Of a DNA stretch of 64,000 bases, positions 17,536-27,981 are shown one piece after another; position 1 is the stretch's first letter, and each line of letters begins with the position of its first letter. The DNA comes from Candidatus Aminicenantes bacterium (GTDB lineage Bacteria; Acidobacteriota; Aminicenantia; Aminicenantales; JAFGBC01): positions 713,680 through 777,679 of the forward strand of contig OY969696.1 of NCBI GenBank assembly GCA_963702005.1. Direction: 5' to 3'. A program made the translations under genes and the position numbers. Below the pieces are notes generated by a model. That model made no database searches, was not told the origin of the DNA, and worked only from the letters and a program-made list of their open reading frames with translations.

Positions 17536-19260
17536 ATGGCGTCTAACTTAGGGGAACTCCTGCTCCGCGAAAAGGCGATCACGGCCGAACAGCTCAGGTC
17601 CGCCCTCGAACACGAACGAAAACACAGCCTTCCGCTCGGGACATCCCTGGTCAGCCTCGGCTTAATCTCCGAAGAGGAGATCGCTCAAGCCCTGAGCCGG
17701 CAGCTCGGCTACCCGTTCATCGACCTCGACCAGTTCGAGGTCTATCCCGACGTCATCAACCTCATTCCCGTCGAGATCGCCAAGAAATACATGATCATGC
17801 CGATCCACCGGATCCGTTCCTTCCTGACCCTGGCCATGGTCGACCCGACCGACCTCGAGATCACCGAGGACATCCGGTTCCGGACCGGGCTCAGCATCCA
17901 GCCGGTCATCGCCTCGGAGTCGGGGGTCCTGAGCGCCATCAACAAGTATTACGGGACGTCGAGCGACATCCGGGTCAAGAAGATCATCGACGACATCGAG
18001 CTGGCCCAGGATACGACCGTCAACATCATCGAGGAGGAGAAGGAAGACTACACGATCGAGGAGCTCGTCCACTCGACCGAAGAGGCCCCGATCATTACCC
18101 TCGTCAACACGATCTTCATCGACGCCATCAAGAAGGGGGCCAGCGACGTTCACTTCGAGCCCTACGAGAAGACCTTCCGGATCCGCTACCGGATCGACGG
18201 CACCCTCTACGAAGTCCAGAGCCTCCCGCTCAAGTTCAAGAACCCGGTCGTGTCCCGGGTCAAGATCTTATCCAACATGGACATCGCCGAGAAGCGGCTC
18301 CCCCAGGACGGCCGGATCCGGATGCGGGCCAAGCTCGAGAACGGCGGCCGCAAGGAAGTCGACCTCCGCGTCTCGGCCCTGCCGACCATGTTCGGCGAGA
18401 AGGTCGTCGCCCGTATTTTGGATAGGGAGATGCTCAAGCTCGACCTGACCGAGCTCGGGTTCGAGCCGGAGTCCCTCGAGGTTTTCCAGGAGGGCATCCG
18501 CCGGCCCTGGGGTATCATCCTGGTCACCGGGCCGACCGGGAGCGGCAAAACGAACACCCTTTACTCGGCCATCCAGAACCTCAATACGGTCGAGAAAAAT
18601 ATCCTGACGGCCGAGGACCCGGTCGAGTTCTACTTGTCCGGGATCAACCAGGTCAACATCAAGGAAGAGATCAAGCTCGATTTTCCGACCTGCCTCCGCT
18701 CCTTCCTCCGTCAGGACCCGGACATCATGCTCGTGGGCGAGATGCGCGACCACGAGACGGTGGACGTCGCCATCAAGGCCGCGTTGACCGGCCACCTCGT
18801 CTTCTCGACCGTCCACACCAACGATGCCGCGAGCACGGTCACCCGTCTCGTCAACATGGGGATCGAGCCCTTCCTGGTCGCCGATTCGGTCTTCCTGATC
18901 GTCGCCCAGAGGCTGGTCCGGCGCCTGTGCAAGAAGTGCGCCATCGACCACAGGATGCCGCCCCATGCGCTCGAGGAGACGGGGTTCACTTCGGAGGAGG
19001 CGAGCCGGGCCCGGGTCTTCAAGCCCAAGGGCTGCGAGGGCTGCAATAACACCGGCTACAAAGGCCGAATCGCGCTTTACGAAGTCCTGCGAGTCACCGA
19101 CGATATCAAGGACATGATCCTCAACCGGGCGCAGTCCAAGGACATCAAGAGAAAGGCCATTGAGCAGGGGATGCTGACCCTGCGCCGGAGCGGCATCATC
19201 AAGATCCTGAACGGCATCACCTCCATGGAGGAGGTCTTGCGGGAGACGATCCGAGACTAG
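17536..19260 (+). CDS. pilB: Type IV pilus assembly ATPase PilB (GspE family)
   Basis: N-terminal GSPII domain; Walker A GPTGSGKT; tetracysteine motif (CKKC...CEGC). Confidence 0.9.
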   Translation: MASNLGELLLREKAITAEQLRSALEHERKHSLPLGTSLVSLGLISEEEIAQALSRQLGYPFIDLDQFEVYPDVINLIPVEIAKKYMIMPIHRIRSFLTLAMVDPTDLEITEDIRFRTGLSIQPVIASESGVLSAINKYYGTSSDIRVKKIIDDIELAQDTTVNIIEEEKEDYTIEELVHSTEEAPIITLVNTIFIDAIKKGASDVHFEPYEKTFRIRYRIDGTLYEVQSLPLKFKNPVVSRVKILSNMDIAEKRLPQDGRIRMRAKLENGGRKEVDLRVSALPTMFGEKVVARILDREMLKLDLTELGFEPESLEVFQEGIRRPWGIILVTGPTGSGKTNTLYSAIQNLNTVEKNILTAEDPVEFYLSGINQVNIKEEIKLDFPTCLRSFLRQDPDIMLVGEMRDHETVDVAIKAALTGHLVFSTVHTNDAASTVTRLVNMGIEPFLVADSVFLIVAQRLVRRLCKKCAIDHRMPPHALEETGFTSEEASRARVFKPKGCEGCNNTGYKGRIALYEVLRVTDDIKDMILNRAQSKDIKRKAIEQGMLTLRRSGIIKILNGITSMEEVLRETIRD

Positions 19261-19270
19261 GAGGCGGCCG

Positions 19271-20389
19271 ATGGCCATTCCGATCCAAGAGTTGCTCAAG
19301 ATTTGCGTCGACGAAGATTCCAGCGACCTCCACATCACCACCTACGTCCCGCCCCGCATCCGGGTCCACGGCACCCTCCGCTCGATCGAGCATCCGCCCC
19401 TGACGCCGGCCGAGACGAAGCAGCTCGTCTACAGCATCCTGTCCGACAAGCAGAAGAAGACCTTCGAAGAAAAGCTCGAGCTCGATTTCTCGTTCGGAAT
19501 CAAGGACCTGGGCCGATTCCGGGTCAACGTCTTCATGCAGAAGGGCTCGGTGGCGGCCGCCTTCCGCCGCTTCCTGCCGACGATGTGGAGCTTCTCGCAG
19601 CTCGGCATTCCCCAGCGGATCGCCCAGCTGTGCTACCTCCCACGCGGCCTCATCCTGGTCACCGGCCCGACCGGCTGCGGGAAGTCGACCTCGCTCGCCT
19701 GCATGATCGACCACATCAACCACGAGCGGCCCGTCCACATCGTCACGATCGAGGACCCGATCGAATATTATTTTTCGCCCAAGAAGGCCATCATCAACCA
19801 GCGGGAGCTCCTGGTCGACACCCTGTCCTACGCGAACGCGCTGCGCTCCGTCCTCCGCGAAGATCCCGACGTCGTCCTGGTCGGCGAGATGCGGGATTTG
19901 GAAACGGTCGAGGCGACCCTCCGGGTCGCCGAGACGGGCCACTTGACCTTCTCGACCCTTCACACCAACTCAGCCTCGGAGACGATCTCGCGGATCGTCG
20001 ACATCTTCCCCAGCCAGTACCAGAGCCAGGTCCGGATCATGCTGTCCATGACCCTCGAGGCCGTCTTGACCCAAGCCCTCCTCCCCCGGGCCGACGGGAA
20101 GGGGCGGGCCTTGACCATGGAGATCCTCATCCCCAACCCGGCCATCCGGAACCTGATCCGGGAGAATAAAATCCACCAGATCTATTCGGCCATGCAGATG
20201 GGCCAAGAGAAGTTCGGGATGCAGACCTTTAATCAATCCCTGGCCAACCTCTACACCAAGGGGATCATCACCCTGGACACGGCCATGAGCGTCACCTCCT
20301 TCCCCGAGGAGCTGACGGATATCCTCCAGCGCCGGGAGGGCCTCAAGGCCGGATCGGGCGGCGCGACGGCGGGGACCGGCCGAAAGTAA
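19271..20389 (+). CDS. pilT: Twitching motility ATPase PilT
   Basis: GPTGCGKST Walker A. 372 aa. PilT-type C-terminus. Confidence 0.9.
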   Translation: MAIPIQELLKICVDEDSSDLHITTYVPPRIRVHGTLRSIEHPPLTPAETKQLVYSILSDKQKKTFEEKLELDFSFGIKDLGRFRVNVFMQKGSVAAAFRRFLPTMWSFSQLGIPQRIAQLCYLPRGLILVTGPTGCGKSTSLACMIDHINHERPVHIVTIEDPIEYYFSPKKAIINQRELLVDTLSYANALRSVLREDPDVVLVGEMRDLETVEATLRVAETGHLTFSTLHTNSASETISRIVDIFPSQYQSQVRIMLSMTLEAVLTQALLPRADGKGRALTMEILIPNPAIRNLIRENKIHQIYSAMQMGQEKFGMQTFNQSLANLYTKGIITLDTAMSVTSFPEELTDILQRREGLKAGSGGATAGTGRK

Positions 20390-20413
20390 CGAGAGGCGAA
20401 AAAGGGGACAACC

Positions 20414-21616
20414 ATGCCACTCTACAGCTGGAAAGGCACGAACAGGTACGGGGACGAAGTCCAGGGCGAGCGAATGGCGGCTACCCAGGATGAACTCCTC
20501 AGGACGCTCCAGAAAGAGCAGATCACGGTCTCGAACGTCACCATTAAAAGGCGGGGCTTCTCGATCCCCTTTATTAAGCGGGAGAGGGTCAAGCTCAAGG
20601 AGTTGGCCATCTACAGCCGCCAGCTCTCGGTCCTGATCGACGCCGAGCTCCCCCTCATCCAGAGCCTCAACATCCTGACCGAGCAGACCCGAAACAAGTA
20701 TTTCAAGGGGATCATCGCCCAGGTCCGGGAGGACGTCGAGGCCGGCTCTTCCTTGAACCAAGCCAAGCGCAAGCATCCCAAAGCCTTCGACGACCTCTAC
20801 TGCAACCTGATCGCTTCGGGCGAACAGAGCGGCTCCCTCGACATCATGCTCCGCCGGCTCTCGGAATTCATCGAGAAGATCGTCCGCCTCCGGTCCAAGG
20901 TCCGCCAGGCCATGATCTACCCCGCCGCCATCATCACTTTCGCGATCGTGGTTGCCATCTTCCTCCTCTGGAAGGTCATCCCCATCTTCGCCTCCATCTT
21001 CCAGGAGCTCGGGGCGTCCCTTCCCTTCCTGACCGTCATCGTCATGAAGCTGAGCAATTTTACCCAGAACTATATCGTTTTCATCTTTCTGGGGCTGATC
21101 GGCCTCGTCTTCTCATTCCGTTATTTTCGGAACTCGCCCCGGGGCCGGGTCATCGTCGACCGGACCCTCCTCCGCATCCCCCTCGTCGGCAAGATCCTGG
21201 AGAAGGTCGCCGTGTCGCGGATTACCCGGACGTTGTCGACCCTCCTCTCGGGCGGCGTCTCCATGCTCGAGAGTCTCCGGATCACCTCGAGCACGGCCGG
21301 GAACGTCATCCTCGAGGGCTGGGTCATGGAATCCCGCCGCCTGGTCGCCGAGGGCAAGAGCCTGACCGACGGCCTCCGCGAGGCCGGGGCCTTCCCGTTC
21401 ATGATGACCCAGATGGTCAGCGTCGGCGAAGCGACCGGAACCCTGGACGAGATGCTCAGCAAGCTGGCCGATTTCTACGACGAGGAAGTGGACACTTCGG
21501 TCGCCTCGATGCTGTCGATCCTTGAGCCCGTCATGCTCATTCTCGTCGGCGGACTCGTCGGGTCGCTGGTCATATCCATGTACCTCCCCATCTTCAGCCT
21601 CCTCCAGCAGTTCTAA
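20414..21616 (+). CDS. pilC: Type IV pilus inner-membrane platform protein PilC (GspF family)
   Basis: Two GspF repeats. 400 aa. Follows pilB and pilT. Confidence 0.85.
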   Translation: MPLYSWKGTNRYGDEVQGERMAATQDELLRTLQKEQITVSNVTIKRRGFSIPFIKRERVKLKELAIYSRQLSVLIDAELPLIQSLNILTEQTRNKYFKGIIAQVREDVEAGSSLNQAKRKHPKAFDDLYCNLIASGEQSGSLDIMLRRLSEFIEKIVRLRSKVRQAMIYPAAIITFAIVVAIFLLWKVIPIFASIFQELGASLPFLTVIVMKLSNFTQNYIVFIFLGLIGLVFSFRYFRNSPRGRVIVDRTLLRIPLVGKILEKVAVSRITRTLSTLLSGGVSMLESLRITSSTAGNVILEGWVMESRRLVAEGKSLTDGLREAGAFPFMMTQMVSVGEATGTLDEMLSKLADFYDEEVDTSVASMLSILEPVMLILVGGLVGSLVISMYLPIFSLLQQF

Positions 21617-21637
21617 GCCCGGCCGGAGCCCGGCGCC

Positions 21638-22918
21638 ATGAAGATAGACAGGAAGAGCATTCTTTGGCTCATCATTCTCCGTCTCGTCATCATGGTGACC
21701 CTTCTGCTTTCGACGATCATCATCCAGTCGGCCGCCCCCTTCTTCATGCCGATCATTCCTTTTTACATCCTCGTCCTCGCCTCGCTCCTCATGTCGGCGG
21801 GCTATTTCTTCCTTTACCGCGTCTCGCGGAACACGACCTTTCAAGCCTATCTTCAGATCATCCTGGACCTCTTCCTGATCACGGGCCTCGTCTACATCTC
21901 GGGCGGATTGTCCGGGTCGTTCTACTTCCTGTACGTTTTTGTCATCCTGGCCGGCGGGGTCATCCTGCCCAAACGGGCGGCCTACCTGGTCGCCGCCCTG
22001 GCCGGGATTTGGTTCGGGATGATGGTCGACGGCATCTACTACGGCCTCATCCCGAGCTTGAACCCCGATCAGGGCGGGAAAATCGCGCCCGGTTATGTCC
22101 TGTTCACGGTGTTGATGGCCTGGGCCGTCTTCTTCGTCGTCGCCTTCCTGATCGACCACCTGATGCGGAAGCTCCGCCTGGCCGGGGAGAATCTTCGCCT
22201 GGCCCAGAAAGAGCTCGAGATCAAAGAACGCTTGGCCGCCGCCGGACAGCACGCGGCCACCCTGGCCCATGAGATTCGCAACCCTCTGGCCGCCATCGCC
22301 GGCTCGGTCCAGTTCCTGAGGGGGGAGCTCAGTCTCAACCGGGAACAGGGGCGCCTCATGGACATCGTCCTCAACGAGTCGAACCGGGTCTCGCAGACGA
22401 TCGAGCAATTCTTGACCCTAGCCTCTCCTGAGCGAGTCGCCTTCACGGTCCTGAACCTTTCCGAGCTTTTCCAGGAGACGCTGACCATCCTCCGGGCGGG
22501 CGGCGAGTTGGACGGCGGGATCCGGATCGAAGGGAACTTCACGGAGGGCGGCGTCTATTACTATGGAAACAGCAACCAGTTCAAGCAGATTTTATGGAAT
22601 CTGACCAAGAACGCCGTCAAGGCCATGCCCCAGGGCGGAAGCCTGACGATCGACTTCCTGCGCCCCCGGGAGACCGAGCTCCAGATTCGGTTCTCCGACA
22701 CGGGGCGAGGCATGACCGACCAGGAACGGGCCCGCATGTTCCTGCCCTTCCAGTCCGGGTTCGATACGGGCTGGGGCTTGGGCATGGCCCTCGTCCGGCG
22801 GATCGTCGAAGACTATGAGGGGACGATCGACGTCGTCTCGAGTCCCGGCCGGGGGACCGTCATCTCGATCATCCTGCCCGTCCGGGGGAGAGCGGCCCGC
22901 GAGGCGGCCGCTTCCTGA
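21638..22918 (+). CDS. pilS: Sensor histidine kinase (PilS-like)
   Basis: Six N-terminal TM helices; HisKA (ATLAHEIRNPLAAI); HATPase_c (GWGLGMALVRRIV). Confidence 0.75.
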   Translation: MKIDRKSILWLIILRLVIMVTLLLSTIIIQSAAPFFMPIIPFYILVLASLLMSAGYFFLYRVSRNTTFQAYLQIILDLFLITGLVYISGGLSGSFYFLYVFVILAGGVILPKRAAYLVAALAGIWFGMMVDGIYYGLIPSLNPDQGGKIAPGYVLFTVLMAWAVFFVVAFLIDHLMRKLRLAGENLRLAQKELEIKERLAAAGQHAATLAHEIRNPLAAIAGSVQFLRGELSLNREQGRLMDIVLNESNRVSQTIEQFLTLASPERVAFTVLNLSELFQETLTILRAGGELDGGIRIEGNFTEGGVYYYGNSNQFKQILWNLTKNAVKAMPQGGSLTIDFLRPRETELQIRFSDTGRGMTDQERARMFLPFQSGFDTGWGLGMALVRRIVEDYEGTIDVVSSPGRGTVISIILPVRGRAAREAAAS

Positions 22919-22925
22919 GGATGCC

Positions 22926-24335
22926 ATGGAAACGATCATCATCCTCGACGACGAGAAGAGCATCGTCGAGCTGTTGACCATGGTCTTCGGCAAGGAGGGC
23001 TACGCCGTCAAGTCCTTCGTCCCCTCGGCCCGGGTCATGGACAGCCTCGAGAAGGAGGATTTCGACCTCCTCATCACCGACATCCGGATGCCCCAGATCA
23101 GCGGGATGAAGATCCTCAAACACATGCGGGCGGCCAAGCCGGATGTCCCGGTCATCGTCATCACGGCCTACGGCAGCATCCCCCAGGCCGTCGAGGCCCT
23201 CAAGGAAGGAGCCCTCGACTACGTCGTCAAGCCCTTCAATATGGATGAGCTCAAGATCATCGTCCAGAACGGCCTCGAAAAAAAGCGGCTCAAGGATGAG
23301 AACGTCCTCCTCAAGAAAGACCTCCAGGAAATCTACAGCTTCGAGCAGATGATCGGGAAGAGCAAGGTCATGAAGGAGATCTACACGCTCATCGAGAAGA
23401 TCGCGACGACGGACTCGACCGTCCTCATCTCGGGCGAGAGCGGGACGGGCAAGGAACTGGCCGCCCGGGCCCTTCACTTCCAGAGTCGGCGCCGCAACGG
23501 CTCGTTCGTCTCCTTGAACTGCGCGGCCCTTCCCGAGAACCTCCTCGAATCGGAGCTGTTCGGCCATATCCGGGGGGCCTTCACCGGAGCGGTCGTCGAC
23601 AAGCGCGGCATGTTCGAGGTCGCCCAACGGGGGACTTTGTTCCTGGACGAGATCGGGGAAACGACGCCCTGGACGCAGGTCAAGATCCTGCGGGCCCTCC
23701 AGGACCGGAAGATCCGCCGCGTCGGCGGGACCGAGGAGATCCCGATCGACGTCCGGATCATCTGCGCCACCAACCTGGACCTCAAAAAAAGAATCGAGGA
23801 GGGCAAGTTCCGGGAGGAGCTCTTCTACCGGATCAACGTCATCTCGTTCGAGATGCCCGCCCTGCGCCGGAGGATCGAGGACATCCCCCTCCTCGTCTCC
23901 CACTTCCTCCAGAAGTATTGCCAGCGGATGAACAGGCGCATGAAGCGGGTCGCGCCCGAGGTCATCGGCTTATTCGAGGCCTACGGCTGGCCCGGCAACG
24001 TCCGGGAGCTTGAAAACGCCGTCGAGAGGATCGTGGCCATCGAGGATCGGGAGACGATCACCCCGACCTGTCTGTCGCCCGAGATCCTCCATCCCGGCCA
24101 GCCGGCCGAAGCGCCGACCGGGCTCGAGGCCGGCTTCAACTTGACGGCCCACATCGACGAGATCTCCAAGAGGTACCTCCTCCAGGCCCTCCAGGCGGCA
24201 GGATCCAACTTGAAAAAGGCGGCCGACCTGCTCGGCCTCAGCTACCGCTCCCTCCGCTACCTGATCGACAAATACGGCCTCAAAGACCATCCGGAAGAGC
24301 CCCAGGCGGGGAAGACCGCGGAGGGGGCCAGATGA
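22926..24335 (+). CDS. pilR: Sigma-54-dependent response regulator (NtrC family, PilR-like)
   Basis: REC domain (IIILDDE...DIRMP); AAA+ sigma-54 activator (GESGTGKELAARALH, GAFTGA); C-terminal Fis-type HTH. Confidence 0.85.
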   Translation: METIIILDDEKSIVELLTMVFGKEGYAVKSFVPSARVMDSLEKEDFDLLITDIRMPQISGMKILKHMRAAKPDVPVIVITAYGSIPQAVEALKEGALDYVVKPFNMDELKIIVQNGLEKKRLKDENVLLKKDLQEIYSFEQMIGKSKVMKEIYTLIEKIATTDSTVLISGESGTGKELAARALHFQSRRRNGSFVSLNCAALPENLLESELFGHIRGAFTGAVVDKRGMFEVAQRGTLFLDEIGETTPWTQVKILRALQDRKIRRVGGTEEIPIDVRIICATNLDLKKRIEEGKFREELFYRINVISFEMPALRRRIEDIPLLVSHFLQKYCQRMNRRMKRVAPEVIGLFEAYGWPGNVRELENAVERIVAIEDRETITPTCLSPEILHPGQPAEAPTGLEAGFNLTAHIDEISKRYLLQALQAAGSNLKKAADLLGLSYRSLRYLIDKYGLKDHPEEPQAGKTAEGAR

Positions 24336-24440
24336 CCAAATATCGGCACGTTGAGACATTTATTGTCACAATGCAGAAGGGAAGAAGGATTCCGAAGTTT
24401 TTAAAATTAGATTTATCAACGAGTTACGTTATATTGCTTT

Positions 24441-24456
24441 TGGCACGGGGATTGCA
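24441..24456 (+). promoter_or_regulatory. Sigma-54 (RpoN) promoter TGGCAC-N5-TTGCA upstream of pilA
   Basis: Exact -24/-12 consensus, tggcacggggattgca, about 77 nt upstream of the pilA ATG. It follows a PilR-type activator gene and lies in an unusually AT-rich spacer. Confidence 0.75.
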
Positions 24457-24532
24457 TAAAATAGGTGCGTCTGCACTGATTCTAAATAGTATCCTTGCTC
24501 GATGAGAAGTCAGCAAGGAAAAGGAGGTTTCA

Positions 24533-25096
24533 ATGTTTAAGCGGATGAGAGGATTCACCCTCATCGAGCTGCTGATCGTCGTCGCGATCATCGGGATTCT
24601 GGCCGCTCTCCTTATCCCCAACGCCATCACGGCCATCCAGAAGGCCAAGCAGAAGAGCACCATGAAGGACATCAACACGATGTCGACCGGATGCGCCGAC
24701 TACATCACGGACCATGGCTCTTGGGATGCCTTCACCCAGGACGGGCAGCTGACGGCCAACAACGAGTGGTTGCAAGCCATCGCGCCCTTCTACGTCAAGA
24801 TCCTTCCCGTGGGCGACGGCTGGGGCAACGGGTTCTATGTCTATGTCGGCCAGACCGCTGTCCAGGGCAACGGCGCCATCACCAGCCTGAACTCCGGGGA
24901 CGTGGGCGAGGATGACTTCGTCTGCGCTTCGGCCGGCCGCGACAAGACGCTCGAGGGCTTTGCTTTCGATGAGACCAATCCCGAGAGCGGTTTCTACGAA
25001 GTCAACAGCCTCGCCGATTTCCAGAACGACCTGGTTCAGTGGAGCGGCTCTTGGGTTCGTTGCCCCAGAATCGCTCGGGCCATCGCGGGCACCTGA
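24533..25096 (+). CDS. pilA: Type IV major pilin PilA
   Basis: Class III signal and N-methylation motif MRGFTLIELLIVVAIIGILAA. Confidence 0.9.
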   Translation: MFKRMRGFTLIELLIVVAIIGILAALLIPNAITAIQKAKQKSTMKDINTMSTGCADYITDHGSWDAFTQDGQLTANNEWLQAIAPFYVKILPVGDGWGNGFYVYVGQTAVQGNGAITSLNSGDVGEDDFVCASAGRDKTLEGFAFDETNPESGFYEVNSLADFQNDLVQWSGSWVRCPRIARAIAGT

Positions 25097-25132
25097 TCCT
25101 GAACTGATCGCAGTCTGAAGACAGGCCAAACG

Positions 25133-25170
25133 GAAGGGGCGAACCGCCCAGGGCGGTTCGCCCCTATTTT
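25133..25170 (+). terminator. Rho-independent terminator after pilA
   Basis: ggggcgaaccgcccagggcggttcgcccc followed by tatttttttacc. Confidence 0.75.
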
Positions 25171-25193
25171 TTTACCCCGATCTTAATCTCGGC

Positions 25194-27147
25194 TTAGAAT
25201 CCCCGCTCGGGGAGGATATCGTAATACTTCTTAGGGTTGTATCCGCTGTCCATCATCCTGCGCCGGATCCGGTCGGCCTCTTTACGGAAGCCGAGCTTGA
25301 AGTAGCAGGACAGAAGCCGGTTGAGAAGCGTATCCCGCCAGAGGGGGTCCGTTTCGACCTGAAGGGCCGCCTCGTAGGAATAGGCGGCCCTTCGGTAATC
25401 GAGCCCCTTCATATAGGCGAGGCCGCGCTCGATGAGATGGGGGACGTCCCAGGCCGTCCAGTCCGCGGAACGAGCCACCTCGTCGAGAAAAGACTGGAAG
25501 TCTTTAGAGTAGAGCTTAAACAGATCTTGGGGGCGACCGACGAGCCGGACCCGGCCCCGTCGGTCCGGATTGAAGATCAAGGGCGGGCCGGCCGATACGG
25601 CTGAGCCGCTTCGCTCCAGGGGGATTAGCAGGCCGCGCTCCAGAGTTCCTAGATAGATGAAGAAGCGGCGGTCCGGGTGGCAATCCAGGAGACGGACGTT
25701 GTCGGCGCCCTGGTCTCGGGCGTAAATAATGTCGGCTTTAAGGTCGGGATCATTGAAGAGAAACCCCGAGCTCCAAACTCCGGCCGGATAGAACCGGCTC
25801 GGCGAACGGAGGATGCGCATGAATACGACGGCCCGCCCAAGGGAAAGCGAGCGGAGGGTGCGGCCGATGGCCGGGGACGTGCCGGCCAGGTCGTGACCGA
25901 TCGTGTCCAGGGGATAGCCCGAATCTTTGGGCCATATCCAGCGTGGGAAACGGACGAAGAAACCGTGGCCGATGAAGAGAATGAGGAGGCCGGCCGTCAG
26001 GGCTTGGACCGCCCGGGGCTTGAGCCCCCCTCCCGAGCGGAGGAAGCGCTGGAATTCGAGAACGCCGCGCGCGCTGAGGAGAACGAGAAGGACGACGGTC
26101 TCGAACATGAGCCTGGGCCCGAGGGCGATAAGCGTTCCCCAGAAGAAGAAAAGGCCGACGAGCATCGAGAGAATCCCCGAGGCCAGGAGCAGGTCTTTGC
26201 GTCGCTCCTCGGCGGGGCGCTTGAGAACGACCAAGGGGAGAAGCGCCCACAGGGACGAGAGGGGCCATCCGAACAAGTCCCGGTTGAGCGCCTTGAGATA
26301 GGCGAAGATATTGTCCCAGCCCTGCAGCATGGTGAAGGCAGTGCCGGCCAAGCCCGTGTTTCCGAAGCCGGGAAGGATCTTGTCGCCGAATACGACCGAA
26401 TATCCCATCCTGAACGGAGAACCGTTGGTGATCTGATTGTAGGCGCCCAGGACGGCGATGAAGAAGGCCGCCCCGCCGGCGGCGGCCAGGATATTTCCCG
26501 CTCGCGACTTCAGCTCGGGCAGGGTCTTCCAGGCGTAGCTGAGAAGAAAAAGGAAGCCCGAAAATGAGGGCATTGTAAGGACGAATCATGATCATGAAGC
26601 CGAGACCGACTCCGGCCAGGAGCCCGTTGAGGAGGGTCGGCTTTGAAAGCGAGCGGATGAAAAAGACAAGGAACAGGGACGCGAAAAAGAGGCTGCTGGT
26701 GTGGTTCATGAAGCTCGAGGACATCAGCAGAAACCAGATCGAGGCTGCGCCCAGGACGGCCGCCAGGGTTCCGGTTCGGCGGTCATAAAGCTCTACGCCC
26801 AACGCGTAGAAAAGGAGGATGGTAAGGGCCGCCAGCAGGGGGTTGACTATCCAGGGCGCGCCCAGGATGATGCCGATGGCCAGCAGGAGGGGATAGCCCG
26901 GCGTGTACATGCTGTACCAGCGGCCGTTGTTGATCGTGTGCGGGAAGGCAAAAAAATCCCTGGCGCAGGGCGATGGGGCGTAGAGGCGGCCCGACGCGAA
27001 CAGACGGGCCTGGAACAGATAATCGATCTCGTCGTGGATACGGGGCGTGTGTTCGAAAACGACCCAGGAGAAGACGTTGCTGAAAATGAGCACGAAGGCG
27101 GCGGCCGCCAGGACCGGCCAAGGGATCTTATTCCATCCGTGAACCAT
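25194..27147 (-). pseudogene. GT-C fold glycosyltransferase (family 39/83, ArnT/PMT-like) with TPR-like C-terminal region, interrupted by a frameshift near 26570-26600
   Basis: Two overlapping ORFs (25750-27147 and 25194-26573) in different frames. The first reads as protein only for its N-terminal ~190 aa, with an HDEIDY loop motif and multiple TM helices. The second continues the membrane protein. The junction is at an A/T homopolymer run (gaaaaaggaagcccgaaaatgaggg). Confidence 0.6.
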
Positions 27148-27277
27148 CGGTCCCTTTATAGTTCAAATCCGTATCCGTTTCAATCCCCTTCGCGGGATCC
27201 CACGGACGTAAGTCCGTGGAGCTTCAGGCCGGAGTCGCCGGCGCGGTCATTTGTGCTATAATCAAAAACCGGACCCG

Positions 27278-27979
27278 ATGAGAACGATCGTTTGTCTTGG
27301 CGTCTATGTGCTGGCCGTCCTGATCATCATTCCCTTTCTCCTCGTTTGCTTTGTCTTCGGGCTGCGGGAGCCGGTCGCGGCGGCCGGGAAGGCGGCCCTC
27401 AAGCTGGGGCGGCCCATCCTCGGCCTCAAGCTCAAGGTCGCGGGCCTGCAACGCCTCGACCCGGGGACGCCCTACGTTTACATGGCCAATCACCTGAGCT
27501 TACTGGACGGGCCGATCCTGTTCGCCGTCATCCCCCGCCTGGTCCGGGTCATCCTCAAGAAGGAAGTCTTCCGGATTCCGGTCATCGGCCAGGGCATGCG
27601 CTTCGTCGATTTCGTGCCCGTCGACCGTAAGGGCTTCAAGGCCGGGAAGAAGAGCATTGAAAGGGCCGTCCGGCTCATGGCTGAGCGGAGATATTCTTTC
27701 CTCGTCTTTCCGGAGGGGACGCGGAGCCGGGACGGGCGCCTCCAGGCCTTCAAACGGGGGGGATTTTTCCTGGCGCTGGCTGGCGGCGCCCCGATCGTCC
27801 CCATCACCATTCGGGGCAGCTACGAGCTCATGCCCCGCGGCCGATTCTTCGTCAAGAAGGGCCCCGTCGGGGTCGAATTCCATGAACCCGTACCGGTCGC
27901 AGGATACGGGCCGGAAACCCTGTCCGCCCTCGTGGACAGGATTAGGGACATCATCCGATCAGAGGGAGGGGAGGATTAG
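27278..27979 (+). CDS. plsC: 1-acyl-sn-glycerol-3-phosphate acyltransferase
   Basis: NHLSLLDGP (HxxxxD) and FPEGTRS motifs; N-terminal TM. Confidence 0.8.
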   Translation: MRTIVCLGVYVLAVLIIIPFLLVCFVFGLREPVAAAGKAALKLGRPILGLKLKVAGLQRLDPGTPYVYMANHLSLLDGPILFAVIPRLVRVILKKEVFRIPVIGQGMRFVDFVPVDRKGFKAGKKSIERAVRLMAERRYSFLVFPEGTRSRDGRLQAFKRGGFFLALAGGAPIVPITIRGSYELMPRGRFFVKKGPVGVEFHEPVPVAGYGPETLSALVDRIRDIIRSEGGED

Positions 27980-27981
27980 CG

